Made by a program: the position numbers and the translations under genes. This document shows, piece after piece, positions 39,131 to 49,805 of a DNA stretch of 64,000 bases. The stretch is from Rhodothermales bacterium (GTDB taxonomy: Bacteria > Bacteroidota > Rhodothermia > Rhodothermales > Bin80). A model generated the notes under the pieces. The model did not search any database, had not been told where the DNA came from, and worked only from the letters and a program-made list of their open reading frames with translations. Within the stretch, counting starts at the first letter, position 1. Each line of letters opens with the position of its first letter. Where the stretch lies: contig OZ241742.1 of NCBI GenBank assembly GCA_965200955.1, positions 170,320 through 234,319 on the forward strand, read 5' to 3'.

Positions 39131-40399
39131 ATGGTGTCTCACAGCAAGCCGCGCCGCGTAGTCATTACGGGCATGGGGGCATTAACCCCCATTGGTAATT
39201 CACCAGATCAATTCTGGGAGAGCTTGATGCAAGGGCGAAGTGGTGCTGCACCAATTACTCATTTTGATGCAGAACACTTTGCAACCAAGTTTGCATGTGA
39301 GCTCAAGGATTTTGATCCTCTGGATCATTTGGATCGTCGTGAGATCCGAAAAATGGACCCGTTCGCTCAGTATGGAGTGGTTGCAGCGGATCAAGCCATT
39401 CAAGATTCCGGTCTCAAGCCAGATCAGATGTCCCAAAGTCAGCGGGATCGGGTAGCAGTGATCATTGGCAGTGGAATTGGGGGAATTCAGGTGTTCTATG
39501 ATCAGACGGCAGATTATATTGCACATGGTCCTCGTCGCATCTCTCCTTTCTTTATCCCCAAATTAATTCCTGATATCATTAGCGGTCATATCTCGATCCG
39601 CTATCAATTCCGTGGTCCAAATTTTTGTGTTGTCAGTGCTTGTGCCACGGGTAACAACAATATTGGTGATGGATTTATGATGATGCAACGGGGCATGATT
39701 GACATTGCATTATGTGGTGGATCTGAGGCAGCCGTCAGTATCTTGGGAATCGGTGGTTTTTGTGCTTTACGGGCCCTTTCCACTCGGAACGATGAACCAG
39801 AAACAGCCAGTCGCCCCTTTGACAAGACACGGGATGGATTTGTATTGGGCGAGGGTGCGGGTGTTCTGGTTTTGGAAACGCTGGAGCATGCATTGGATCG
39901 AGGGGCACATATCTATGCCGAACTGGTTGGTATAGGAATGAGTGGAGATGCCAATCATATTACCGCTCCAGATCCAGAGGGTTATGGGGCAACGCTTGCC
40001 ATGCAGAACATGCTGTCGGATGCACATCTCAAGCCGGAAGACATTGACTACTTGAATATGCATGGAACCTCCACTCCGTTGGGAGACACAGCTGAAACCA
40101 AGTCCGTAAAAAATGTCTTTGGTTCGCATGCATACAACATGAATCTCTCCTCAACAAAAAGCATGACTGGCCATTTATTGGGAGCAGCTGGTGCGGTTGA
40201 GGCGATTGCAACGATTCAGGCCCTGAACAACGATATCGTTCCACCGACGATTAATTTTTCTCATCCCGATCCTGAGTGTGACTTGAATTACACATTCAAT
40301 CAGCCTCAGAGGCGTTCCATCCATGTAGCCATCTCCAATGCATTTGGTTTTGGAGGTCACAACACCTCGGTTGCATTCCGGGAGTATACCGATTCATAG
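39131..40399 (+). CDS. fabF: 3-oxoacyl-ACP synthase II
   Basis: RRVVITGMGALTPIG, active-site SACATG, His motifs NMHGTSTP and SMTGHLLGAAG, C-terminal NAFGFGGHN. Confidence 0.93.
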   Translation: MVSHSKPRRVVITGMGALTPIGNSPDQFWESLMQGRSGAAPITHFDAEHFATKFACELKDFDPLDHLDRREIRKMDPFAQYGVVAADQAIQDSGLKPDQMSQSQRDRVAVIIGSGIGGIQVFYDQTADYIAHGPRRISPFFIPKLIPDIISGHISIRYQFRGPNFCVVSACATGNNNIGDGFMMMQRGMIDIALCGGSEAAVSILGIGGFCALRALSTRNDEPETASRPFDKTRDGFVLGEGAGVLVLETLEHALDRGAHIYAELVGIGMSGDANHITAPDPEGYGATLAMQNMLSDAHLKPEDIDYLNMHGTSTPLGDTAETKSVKNVFGSHAYNMNLSSTKSMTGHLLGAAGAVEAIATIQALNNDIVPPTINFSHPDPECDLNYTFNQPQRRSIHVAISNAFGFGGHNTSVAFREYTDS

Positions 40400-40634
40400 A
40401 TCGGAGCGTTGATTTGGTATATGGTAAGGCTTGATGGCATCCGAGATTTGATGATCGGATACGATGTTCTTCCGTTGGCCTACATTAGAGGCCTACTCAA
40501 CATTCCGTATATTCCGATCACATCTTCTCTGGAGGCAAATAGAGTTTCATACCGTATTTCAAGAACAATGCTCCTAGAATCAAACTCACCTCCTGATCAT
40601 AGGTCAGATAGCCTGAATCCATTAACACTGTGTG

Positions 40635-40853
40635 CTATTGGTGTGGTAATGTCTCTATCATCCCTAAGGCATCTAAGATTTTGATCGCACTTGAAAGCTG
40701 AATATCCTTTTGCTGTCGCTCAAAGCGTGAGACTGTCGGTTGACTAATCTCCACAATCGCAGCCAGACGGCACTGGGAAATGTTTCGTTCCTTGCGTCTT
40801 CTTATCGCTTCTTGGACAAGTAGCCCCCAATTGAGTTGAATGTTCCGTTCCAT
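40635..40853 (-). CDS. XRE-family helix-turn-helix protein (HipB-like antitoxin candidate)
   Basis: IRRRKERNISQCRLAAIVEISQPTVSRFERQQKD is a canonical XRE HTH. The only ATG start overlaps the hipA-like gene by 52 nt. Confidence 0.7.
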   Translation of the reverse strand: MERNIQLNWGLLVQEAIRRRKERNISQCRLAAIVEISQPTVSRFERQQKDIQLSSAIKILDALGMIETLPHQ

Positions 40854-42013
40854 CGTTTTTTAATTTGAAGGTGTAGTTTGTCTTTCACAGATTGGTTCAC
40901 ATTTATTGATGTGTCAATCGTACTGTGAACCTTGTCAAGGCGGTGAGCAAAATCATTCACCGCCAGCATGATTGCTCCATCGGGGAGTCCAAACAGATTG
41001 CCCAATCGGACGATATGCTTTGGTTTGAGATTGCCAATGAGCATCCGCTCTCTGCCTCCGATTCCCAGTGCGAGTGTCTGATATTGTGGATAACAGGCCG
41101 TTGCCACCAGATCGTAACAGGGTGCCAGTCGCAATCCACTATCTATATGTTGCATGGCGAAATTTTTTAGATGTGCGTCGGTATTCCCCACCAGAATACA
41201 GGCCATGATTCGACGAAACAGGGTATCGCATTCTGCTGGCATGCAGATATTTCTATGATCACAGATAAACGTTGCCATGTCGTCGTAGCATGCATCATAT
41301 TTATAGTCGGATTGATAACCAAGTAGCTGGTTAAACTCTTCAAAATGAATCCAGTGACCGTCTTCGATCCGATCAAATCGTTGAATGAGCAAAGCCGTTT
41401 CTGACACATCCTCTAGTGGTGCCAGCACCGTTTTGGAAACGATATCATGGGGTAATAGAGTTGCACATGCCCGCATGGTGATGTACTCAAGCTCAAGAAT
41501 GTCGGGCAGTACATTAGACGGAAGCTTAGCGATGTAGTGAGCACTCTCCCCTTGCTCTGCGGCACGGTATCGTTGCCCTTCTTTGATTGCACTCAGTTTT
41601 GGCTGAACCCCAGATAGAGATGCTCTTGCCGCAAGAGCTGCAATGTTTTGGGAATCCAGGTGATCAAGGGTCATCGCCCCTGTGGGTTTTGGGTCCAGTA
41701 TGCTAACTGCACCCGCAAGGTCTGAGCCAAAAGCAAGCAGTAAGGCAAAACGATCTTCTCTTCGCAGGCCGAGTGCACGCATCTGTGCGTTTTTGAGCCA
41801 ACCCTCTGCACACAGATTATCAAAGAAGGGATGCAGTCCGTAATCACTTACATGAGATTCTTCTTGAAGCGGTAGCGTGAAAGAGATCGCTGGCAGGGTA
41901 CTTTGCAGAAAGGACTCATCATAGGTGAATCCACACCGCCCATCTGCCTCTTGTCGCAGAACACCAGCGAATACACCTTTGTAGTATACCTTTCCCCAGA
42001 GATGGATAGCCAT
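40802..42013 (-). CDS. hipA: HipA-family serine/threonine kinase toxin
   Basis: N-terminal coupling domain (VFAGVLRQEADGRCGFTYDESF), SLSGVQPKL, catalytic loop VGNTDAHLKNFAM. 403 aa. Confidence 0.85.
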   Translation of the reverse strand: MAIHLWGKVYYKGVFAGVLRQEADGRCGFTYDESFLQSTLPAISFTLPLQEESHVSDYGLHPFFDNLCAEGWLKNAQMRALGLRREDRFALLLAFGSDLAGAVSILDPKPTGAMTLDHLDSQNIAALAARASLSGVQPKLSAIKEGQRYRAAEQGESAHYIAKLPSNVLPDILELEYITMRACATLLPHDIVSKTVLAPLEDVSETALLIQRFDRIEDGHWIHFEEFNQLLGYQSDYKYDACYDDMATFICDHRNICMPAECDTLFRRIMACILVGNTDAHLKNFAMQHIDSGLRLAPCYDLVATACYPQYQTLALGIGGRERMLIGNLKPKHIVRLGNLFGLPDGAIMLAVNDFAHRLDKVHSTIDTSINVNQSVKDKLHLQIKKRWNGTFNSIGGYLSKKR

Positions 42014-42625
42014 GACTCAATCCGTATGGATGCAATTGAAGCGTTAAACACTATAAAATATATTTGGTCAAATAGAGATATGTCTACTTAATATAAAACA
42101 AATTTAATCAGATAATTTACATCATAACCAATGATCAAATATATTTTATCAACCCAATAGGTATGATTTTGATGTTTTGTCTTTCAAAATTTGTTTTTTT
42201 CCATTGACCATCAAACTGGATTCACCACATGCTCCGTTCATGGAATGTTCATAAAGCCCATGATGACGATCTACATCTTGAATTACAAGATCTCATTGAT
42301 TGGGATGGACCATCAAAGTGCCTAGATTACAGAAATTAGCAGTATCAAAACATATCACGATATGCGGTGATCATTACATTATTTTGAATCATGATTTAGA
42401 CACAGAAGGGGTCAAATGTTAAAAAATTGTTAAGTTTTTATTATATTTCGGTTAAGATCATGGGTGCAAGTGCAATAAACTACGCGAAATAACCCTGTTT
42501 TTAGCGGGTGGAAGCGCTTACATTCATGTCAGAATTTTCTTAACTCGTGATTCAATCATAGATCTGTTGAGATCCATGATTCCCAGATCACACACATCAT
42601 ATTTTTCTTATTTGGAGGACACATT

Positions 42626-45600
42626 ATGATACGAAAACCTACCCTAAAGCCGCATTTCAAAATGGCGGAGAGGCAGAATTTTTTTAAGCAGTTGCTCTGT
42701 GTAGCAGTGCTGATGACCTGCTTCGTCCCTTCAGTACTTGCTCAACAGGGCAAGATTGACGGGGTGGTGACCGATGCTGGCACTGGAGAAACCATTCCTG
42801 GTGCGAGTGTTGTCATTGAAGGGACAACCCAAGGAGCTGCCACGCAAGTGGATGGATACTTCTTTATCAATAATGTACGCCCTGCCACCTACACATTAGT
42901 TGTTTCCTTTGTAGGATATGTCACCCAACGTGTGGAAGGTGTACGTGTATCGACTGGATTGACCACTACAAAAGACATTCAGTTGAGCGAGGATGCAGTT
43001 GGCATGGACGAGATTGTAGTGACCAGTGAACGCCCAATTGTTCAGTTGGATGTATCTGCAAACGTTGCAAGCCTCAACGCAGAGGCATTTGAAGATCTGC
43101 CCGTTGCTGGAGTAACGGAGGTTCTTGATCTTCAAGCCGGAATTGAACCTGGCCTGCGAGTGCGCGGTGGTGGACTCAACGAAGTGGCGTTTGTTGTAGA
43201 TGGTATGAATCTTCGTACTGGGCGTTCCAACGAACCATTTACCAATATCAGCTATACCTCCTTAGAGGAAGTGCAGGTTCAAACCGGCGGATTTAATGCA
43301 GAGTATGGAAATGTTCGCAGTGGGATCGTGAATCTGACCACCAAAGACCCATCTAGAACAAGGTATACGGTTGATGCCATCTATCGCTATGAACCTGCTC
43401 AGGCTAAGACACTTGAAGCACTTGGTGGTATGTCTCTTGATAATTGCACATATCCTACCACGCAGGGCGATTGTGATAGTTGGTTTATTCGACCATTTTT
43501 GGACGAAGACGTTGCATGGGAGGGTACCGGTGCCAAAGATGACCAAGGAAATCCTGTCTGGGATTCATACACACAGAACCAGTATAATTCATTTGAGGGA
43601 TGGAATGCTATTGCGGAGCGACTCAGGAACGATGAAGGGTTTGATGTGACTGCCCAAGATATGCAGGATTATTTTAAGCATACCCACCGAAAAGATAATG
43701 AGATCACTAAACCTGACTATGAAGTAGATGTTACGGTTGCTGGCCCCCTTGTACCAACCATGAGCGACAAATTGGGCGACTTACGTTTTTCCGCCTCCTA
43801 TCGAGGAACTCAAACGGCCTATCTCTATCCTCAAACTCGTGATGCATTTACGTCTCAAACCATTCAAGGTAAGATTATCTCGAATATTTCGCGTGGAATG
43901 AAACTCAGTGTTCAGGGGATGAGAGGGACTGAGCGTGGAATCAATCGGAATCAGGGAACTGCAGATGTTCGGATGTATAACGGTAACATGCCTTCCTATC
44001 CATGGTGGGGAACTGGTGCAGAAACCGTTGATGGCATCAACCGCCGTGGTCGAGTCATCCTCTCTGACGGGGCATTTCCTCTTGCGAATATTGATCACAC
44101 GATGTTAGGGGCCACCTTCACCCATACTCTTAGCCCGAGTACATTTTATGAGGTGAACCTGCAGAATATTTCTTCAAAATATCGCAGTCATTTCCCCAAT
44201 TTACGTGATGGCTCTTTCATTGAAAATAACACATTTACCCCTGTTCCCTATACCAATAACTTTGGTCGATTAACTCCTGCAGGTGAGCAGAATAGAGACC
44301 AAGTCACCTGTTTTGGAGGTGCATCGGATCTCAATGGAGACGGTAAAACTCTACCCTACTGCGTTGGTGATGAGCCTTTCGGATTCTTAGGACAGGGTGG
44401 AAACCTCCTTGGTGGTGCAGAAACGACTGGAGGACACTGGGTCAAAACACGGGATACATCCGATGTAAGCGTTTTCACGGGAAGATTTGATCTGACCAGC
44501 CAAGTCACTCGCGTCTTACAGATTAAGACGGGAGCAGAGCTCATCATCAGTGATTTTGACCTCAATTATAAGAGAGTCAATCTCGCACTGATTGGGCCTG
44601 AACCTGAGGAAGATTTTCCTTTCCAACGTCAGCCGATTCAAGGTGCAGCGTATGCACAGGGAAAACTAGAATTTCAGGGCATGATTGCTAATCTGGGGGT
44701 CCGCGTTGATTTCTATGATGCTAATACGGAATGGTGGGTAACTGACAATCCTTACGATCAGGCTTACCGACAGCGTGCAAATGAACTTGATGAACTTCTT
44801 GATAAGGAAGACCCTGATGCTCAAATCTATATTAGTCCTCGTATTGGTGTTTCTTTCCCTATCTCTAACAATAGCAAACTCTACTTTAATTATGGACACT
44901 TCCGCCAATTACTTCAACCTTTTGACGTTTTTGGTGTGAGACAGTCACGTAATGGAGGTATAGATATTCTGGGCAATCCAGATCACCCAATGCCTCAAAC
45001 GGTTGCTTATGAATTAGGGTTTGACCAAAATCTGTTTGATCAGTACCTGCTTCGAATCAGTGGATTTTATAGAGATATTCGCAATCAGCCACGTCAAGTA
45101 ACCTACAATGGGTTGGGAGGAGTTGTGAATTATCGAATCACTGAGCCATGGAATTATAGAGATGTACGTGGAGCAGAGATCACTCTCACCAAATTGAGAG
45201 GAAATTGGATCCGAGGATTTATCAACTACACCTATCTCCAATCCAAAGGCGGGAATTTCGGATATGGCGTGTTTCACGAAAATACATTTCAGCAACGGAC
45301 GTATTTACGGACATCTACCGACTATCGTCAGGGTTCCTCACTTGCAGAGCCATTTATTCGTGGAAATTTACTGCTCTTGACACCAAGCAGTTTCGTACCA
45401 GAGGTTTTTGACGGTGCTCTGCTCGGCGATTGGCGCGTGAGTCTTTTGGGTGAATGGCGAAAGGGACGACAGTGGAGATGGGCTGGTGGTGGTAGTGCGC
45501 CCCCTGAATTACAGGAGAATGTGAGCTGGCGAAGCTATGTTAACTTTGATTTACGGTTCACTAAGCATATTAACACCCGTTTTGGAGGAGCTCAGTTATT

Positions 45601-46075
45601 TATAGATGTGGCAAATGTATTCAATCGTCGTCATTTATACAATGACACAGGATTCCATCCTGATGGCCGCGATTTTGACCGCTACATGTGGTCGTTGCAT
45701 CTGCCCGAGGATATATTTGATCAACTCAATGCAGTAGACGAAACACTTCCATATGCTGAAAAGACAGGACTTCCTTATACTTGGGTTCCTGGAAATGACC
45801 GCCCTGGAGTCTTTCGTGATCCGGATGTCGTGTACCAACCAATTGAAGCAGTGAAGTCATTAACTGGAGTTTCAGATGCGAATATGACAGCATGGTATTG
45901 GGCGGCGGATACTCAGACGTATTCTCGTTGGAATGGATCCAGTTTTGAAGAAGTTCCTGCCGGTGACGTAGATAAGGTGCTTGAAGACAAAGCATATATT
46001 GATATGCCAAATCTGCGCTTCAATACATTTCTCAACAATCGTCGGATCACACTTGGTATTCGTGTGACCCTATAG
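42626..46075 (+). CDS. TonB-dependent receptor with N-terminal CarboxypepD_reg domain
   Basis: Signal peptide, GKIDGVVTDAGTGETIPGASVVIEGTTQGAATQVDGYFFINNVRPATYTLVVSFVGY, plug (DEIVVTSERP, EEVQVQTGGFNAEYGNVRSGIVNL), then a ~900-aa barrel. The start may be the Met at 42662. Confidence 0.85.
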   Translation: MIRKPTLKPHFKMAERQNFFKQLLCVAVLMTCFVPSVLAQQGKIDGVVTDAGTGETIPGASVVIEGTTQGAATQVDGYFFINNVRPATYTLVVSFVGYVTQRVEGVRVSTGLTTTKDIQLSEDAVGMDEIVVTSERPIVQLDVSANVASLNAEAFEDLPVAGVTEVLDLQAGIEPGLRVRGGGLNEVAFVVDGMNLRTGRSNEPFTNISYTSLEEVQVQTGGFNAEYGNVRSGIVNLTTKDPSRTRYTVDAIYRYEPAQAKTLEALGGMSLDNCTYPTTQGDCDSWFIRPFLDEDVAWEGTGAKDDQGNPVWDSYTQNQYNSFEGWNAIAERLRNDEGFDVTAQDMQDYFKHTHRKDNEITKPDYEVDVTVAGPLVPTMSDKLGDLRFSASYRGTQTAYLYPQTRDAFTSQTIQGKIISNISRGMKLSVQGMRGTERGINRNQGTADVRMYNGNMPSYPWWGTGAETVDGINRRGRVILSDGAFPLANIDHTMLGATFTHTLSPSTFYEVNLQNISSKYRSHFPNLRDGSFIENNTFTPVPYTNNFGRLTPAGEQNRDQVTCFGGASDLNGDGKTLPYCVGDEPFGFLGQGGNLLGGAETTGGHWVKTRDTSDVSVFTGRFDLTSQVTRVLQIKTGAELIISDFDLNYKRVNLALIGPEPEEDFPFQRQPIQGAAYAQGKLEFQGMIANLGVRVDFYDANTEWWVTDNPYDQAYRQRANELDELLDKEDPDAQIYISPRIGVSFPISNNSKLYFNYGHFRQLLQPFDVFGVRQSRNGGIDILGNPDHPMPQTVAYELGFDQNLFDQYLLRISGFYRDIRNQPRQVTYNGLGGVVNYRITEPWNYRDVRGAEITLTKLRGNWIRGFINYTYLQSKGGNFGYGVFHENTFQQRTYLRTSTDYRQGSSLAEPFIRGNLLLLTPSSFVPEVFDGALLGDWRVSLLGEWRKGRQWRWAGGGSAPPELQENVSWRSYVNFDLRFTKHINTRFGGAQLFIDVANVFNRRHLYNDTGFHPDGRDFDRYMWSLHLPEDIFDQLNAVDETLPYAEKTGLPYTWVPGNDRPGVFRDPDVVYQPIEAVKSLTGVSDANMTAWYWAADTQTYSRWNGSSFEEVPAGDVDKVLEDKAYIDMPNLRFNTFLNNRRITLGIRVTL

Positions 46076-46089
46076 TATTTAGTTTTACT

Positions 46090-46124
46090 ACAACCTGCCA
46101 CGCTTCAGCGGAGTGGCAGGTTGT
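46090..46124 (+). other. Intergenic 12-bp perfect stem-loop between the receptor gene and the next gene
   Basis: ACAACCTGCCAC-gcttcagcgga-GTGGCAGGTTGT. No T-tract follows, so it is not a classical intrinsic terminator. Confidence 0.4.
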
Positions 46125-46143
46125 GAACTTAAATTGAAATCTT

Positions 46144-48486
46144 ATGAAAATTATTTACTCTATGAAAGCGTTTTCTTTGATAGGCATGTTTCTGCTAGTT
46201 TTAGTGCCTTCGGCTAACGCTCAGTTTACTGCTCAATGGCTTGATATCGGTACATTTCACAGCACCTACACCGAATCAGGTGCACAGGACGAAGTTAATG
46301 GTTCTGCACCAGATGGAATGGAGTGGCCCGCCATCTTGCGCAATAGCAGTCATTACAGAGCAAGAGCATTGTGGTTGGGGACAAAGGATTGGACGGATTC
46401 CAATGGGCGTGCCTACCCGTATTTTGTGGCAAGGATTGGTCCTAGAACCTCTGGTGCGGATGTAACCTTTCCCGTACAGAATCGATTGATCAGCAAAACA
46501 GAGGACACTGTAGTTCAGGTAGATGGGTCCACTTCCTTTGACAATGTAGCAATCATTGACGAGGTTGATCCCTCAATTCCTGCGGATCGCATGATTCACA
46601 ACATTCACAATACCTATATCGGGATTACGGTTGATCGTAAGGCTTATGCATATGTGAATCAAGTTCATGATGACTCTAATGTGATAGAGTACGTCTATAC
46701 GAATACAGGAAATACTGACGAGGATGAAGATATTGAGTTACCCGATCAGAATTTGAAGGAAACCTATTTTTTTCGTATCCATAGACTCCGTGGAAATTTA
46801 CAAGGAGCTTGGGCTGTGAGTGGCGGGCAGGTATGGGGTAAGTTCAGTATGATTGATGTGGTTGGAGATGGGCATGCAGACTATCCAATCTCGTTTACAT
46901 CACAATATCTCTGGATTGGAATTGACCCTGAAACGCAGGGGGACTATGATCGTTTTGGTGGTTCGCTCTTTAATCAGCGGTCAGATTGGCCTCCAGGAGA
47001 TACTCTCGGCCGTCTGTCAGGTGCTACCTTTATCGGTCGTGCTACGATTCATGCCGATAACTCTCCAACGGACCAAACCTACATTCGCTGTACAACCGCT
47101 ACTCTCAATACTTGTCAGCCGTCTACCATGGGATTTATGGATCAGGATGAGGCACTTACTTCTGACGGAAGTTCTCATGAGGACTATTACGAGTTAGGAA
47201 TTCGTACCAGAGAAAACCCTGATCGAATATCTGGTGGATCTGCTCAAATGTTTCCACATTATGCGGATCGAATTGAACCTGATGGCACTTTTTGGGAACC
47301 AACAAATGATTCTTCTACTGGAAAGCAGGGTGGGCATGCATTCACAACGGCTTATGGCCCTTATGATTTTGCCCCAGGAGAAAGTGTACGTATTGTTGTC
47401 GTTGAGGGGGTTGGTGGGCTGTCTATTGATGCCAGTACCCGAATCGGTAGAGCATTTAAGCTGGGGGGGGATGATAGAGATACTGACCTGATTAGGTATG
47501 ATGCCAATGGAGATGGGATGATTCAGACTGGAGCATTTGATTATAGCATCAAACAGATGGATACTGATGGTGATGGAATGTTTGATACATTCGGTCATGG
47601 GCTAGAAGAGATGACCAAAAATCAATGGGTTGTAACAGCGAGAGATTCACTGTTTGAGGTCTTACAGCGTACGATTAATCTGTATGCAGCCAGTAATAAT
47701 ATGAGTACATACCCTATCCCTGAGGCACCGCACTCCCCCCTGACGTTTTCTATTACTGGACGCCCAGATAAAGTTGAAATCACATGGACGAATCCATCTG
47801 GAGGGCCTGCCCGAACGGCATGGCAGTTGTATCGGACCTCACGATTTGAAGACAATATTTACGAAAATTGTCTTAGCCTTGATACTCGACAGTTCGTAGA
47901 TGGATCTAATCCGTCAGATCCAGCTGATCCATCTTCCTCTCAGCAACAACACTGTGACTATGAACTCATTGCAACGCTTGATGCAGGTGCACAGTCATAT
48001 GATGACACAGATCTAAACCGAGGAACGGACTATTACTACTATTTACAGGCGATTGGAGGACCACAGCCCAGTGATCCAGATGGTATCACTGGCACTCCTA
48101 ATGGGGTCCCCCTCCGTAGTTCTCGCTACCTCACTCAAACCTATCTGCCCGTGAATCTGAAACGTCCACCTTATGGATCAACTTCATCTGTTTCAGATGC
48201 ACGCATTGTTCCGAATCCTGTCAACCTTGGCTCTGATCCAACGATACGGTTTGATCAGGAGGACAGAATTGCTTTCTTCAATATCCCTGGCGACTGTACG
48301 ATTAAGATCTATACGGAGATCGGAGAATTGATTCATACAATTGAGCATAACGATGGAAGTGGAGATGAGCTATGGAATCTCACCACTACATCTAGACAGT
48401 TGCTTGTCAGTGGAATTTATATTGCCGTGATCACTGATAATAGTAACGGTGAAGAAGCCATTCAGAAATTCACGGTCATCCGATAG
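46144..48486 (+). CDS. Secreted hypothetical protein with T9SS-like C-terminal sorting domain
   Basis: Signal peptide LIGMFLLVLVPSANAQ. The C-terminal ~90 aa ARIVPNPVNLGSDPTIRF...CTIKIYTEIGELIHTIEH...LVSGIYIAVITDN...KFTVIR resemble a por-secretion tail. Confidence 0.65.
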   Translation: MKIIYSMKAFSLIGMFLLVLVPSANAQFTAQWLDIGTFHSTYTESGAQDEVNGSAPDGMEWPAILRNSSHYRARALWLGTKDWTDSNGRAYPYFVARIGPRTSGADVTFPVQNRLISKTEDTVVQVDGSTSFDNVAIIDEVDPSIPADRMIHNIHNTYIGITVDRKAYAYVNQVHDDSNVIEYVYTNTGNTDEDEDIELPDQNLKETYFFRIHRLRGNLQGAWAVSGGQVWGKFSMIDVVGDGHADYPISFTSQYLWIGIDPETQGDYDRFGGSLFNQRSDWPPGDTLGRLSGATFIGRATIHADNSPTDQTYIRCTTATLNTCQPSTMGFMDQDEALTSDGSSHEDYYELGIRTRENPDRISGGSAQMFPHYADRIEPDGTFWEPTNDSSTGKQGGHAFTTAYGPYDFAPGESVRIVVVEGVGGLSIDASTRIGRAFKLGGDDRDTDLIRYDANGDGMIQTGAFDYSIKQMDTDGDGMFDTFGHGLEEMTKNQWVVTARDSLFEVLQRTINLYAASNNMSTYPIPEAPHSPLTFSITGRPDKVEITWTNPSGGPARTAWQLYRTSRFEDNIYENCLSLDTRQFVDGSNPSDPADPSSSQQQHCDYELIATLDAGAQSYDDTDLNRGTDYYYYLQAIGGPQPSDPDGITGTPNGVPLRSSRYLTQTYLPVNLKRPPYGSTSSVSDARIVPNPVNLGSDPTIRFDQEDRIAFFNIPGDCTIKIYTEIGELIHTIEHNDGSGDELWNLTTTSRQLLVSGIYIAVITDNSNGEEAIQKFTVIR

Positions 48487-48543
48487 ATGAGTTTGCATCT
48501 GTTCAACGGATTTAACACTCGTCTCATTAACACATACAACGAA

Positions 48544-49605
48544 ATGAAAACGTATACATTCTTTTCTACACTGGTTGCACTCATGTTCGTGGGTGTATCC
48601 ATGTCTTACGGGCAGGCAGGCCTGACTCCCGATACAGAAGTGACCACCGACAAGCGCGGTCAGACGGGCATGAAATTTTTAAGTGTTTCCGTCGATGCCC
48701 GCTCTGCGGCCATTGGATCTGCGATGACGGCAGAGATGTCGGGTTCCTCGGTGTCAATGTTCTACAATCCTGCCAGTATGGGATTTATGGAAGGTAGAAT
48801 GCATGGTGCTGCCACCACCATGTCCTATATTGCAGACATCAATTACACACAGGCCAGTATTGCATTCCGCCCCAGTCAGGTCGTCAACTATGGGGTCGTG
48901 GGCGTATCAATCGTATCGGTTGACTATGGTGATTTTATTGGCACGATCCGTGCCAATAATGACGATGGTTTCGTGGAAACGGGTAATTACAGCCCCACGG
49001 CTATGGCTCTTGGGATTGGATATGCACGCTCATTCGGCGATCGTTTTTCGGCCGGAGCCAATATCAAGGTGGTCTATCAGGATTTTGGAAGTGGGTTTGC
49101 GACCTCTCAGAACTTTGACTCCGGGGAAGTACTCACCACAGATGAGTATAACCTCCAGTCGGTTGCCTTTGACTTTGGCATTGTCTACGCCACTGGTTTT
49201 GAAAGCTTGGTTATTGGCATGAGTGCACGTAACTTTTCTGGCGAACAAACCTATGTTCGAGAGCGGTTTGAACTGCCGTTGACCTTCCAGATTGGCGTGT
49301 CCATGAACTTGGTGGACCTCACCTCCATGAACCCAGACATGCACAATATCCAGCTGCATGTGGATGCTCAGCGTCCGCGTGACTTTGCAGAGCATATTCG
49401 GTTTGGACTGGAATACACTCTGATGGATATTGTCTTCCTGCGAGGAGGCTTTCAGCAGTTGGGAGTCAGTGAGGAACAGGGATTCAGTGCAGGTGCAGGT
49501 CTCAAGTATGGGTTTGGGAACCTACGCTTTGGGGCGGACTATGCCTACACCCAATTTGGAGTCTTTGGTGCCGTCAATCGCATTTCAGTTCAGATAGGGT
49601 TATAA
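48544..49605 (+). CDS. PorV/PorQ-family outer-membrane beta-barrel protein
   Basis: Signal peptide MKTYTFFSTLVALMFVGVSMSYGQ, then GQTGMKFLSVSVDARSAAIGSAMTA (the FL-x-x-x-x-x-AR-x-x-A-x-G-x-A lead motif of PorV-like proteins). Aromatic-rich barrel ending ISVQIGL. The track ORF begins at 48487. Confidence 0.6.
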   Translation: MKTYTFFSTLVALMFVGVSMSYGQAGLTPDTEVTTDKRGQTGMKFLSVSVDARSAAIGSAMTAEMSGSSVSMFYNPASMGFMEGRMHGAATTMSYIADINYTQASIAFRPSQVVNYGVVGVSIVSVDYGDFIGTIRANNDDGFVETGNYSPTAMALGIGYARSFGDRFSAGANIKVVYQDFGSGFATSQNFDSGEVLTTDEYNLQSVAFDFGIVYATGFESLVIGMSARNFSGEQTYVRERFELPLTFQIGVSMNLVDLTSMNPDMHNIQLHVDAQRPRDFAEHIRFGLEYTLMDIVFLRGGFQQLGVSEEQGFSAGAGLKYGFGNLRFGADYAYTQFGVFGAVNRISVQIGL

Positions 49606-49648
49606 GACAATAACTCCATTCCTTTTGAGTCATTCCGTAATAGGAAAC

Positions 49649-49686
49649 GGCGGAGAATTGGAGTAATCCAGTTCTCCGCCTTTTTT
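49649..49686 (+). terminator. Rho-independent terminator of the receptor/PorV-like operon
   Basis: GGCGGAGAATTGGA-gtaa-TCCAGTTCTCCGCC (14-bp stem with one G-U pair, GNRA tetraloop) followed by TTTTTT. Confidence 0.85.
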
Positions 49687-49805
49687 ATGGTAAAAGATTA
49701 CCAGTGACATTGGTGATCTCAGTTGTTTGCGGACCATAATACCAGACAGATCATCATCGCATGTATTCGGTTATAGACAATACTGTAACCTATCACTATC
49801 AAAAA

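Noticed and set aside
40409-40684. 91-aa + ORF downstream of fabF.
   Set aside because: It overlaps the HTH gene on the opposite strand and has no motif. It is probably spurious.
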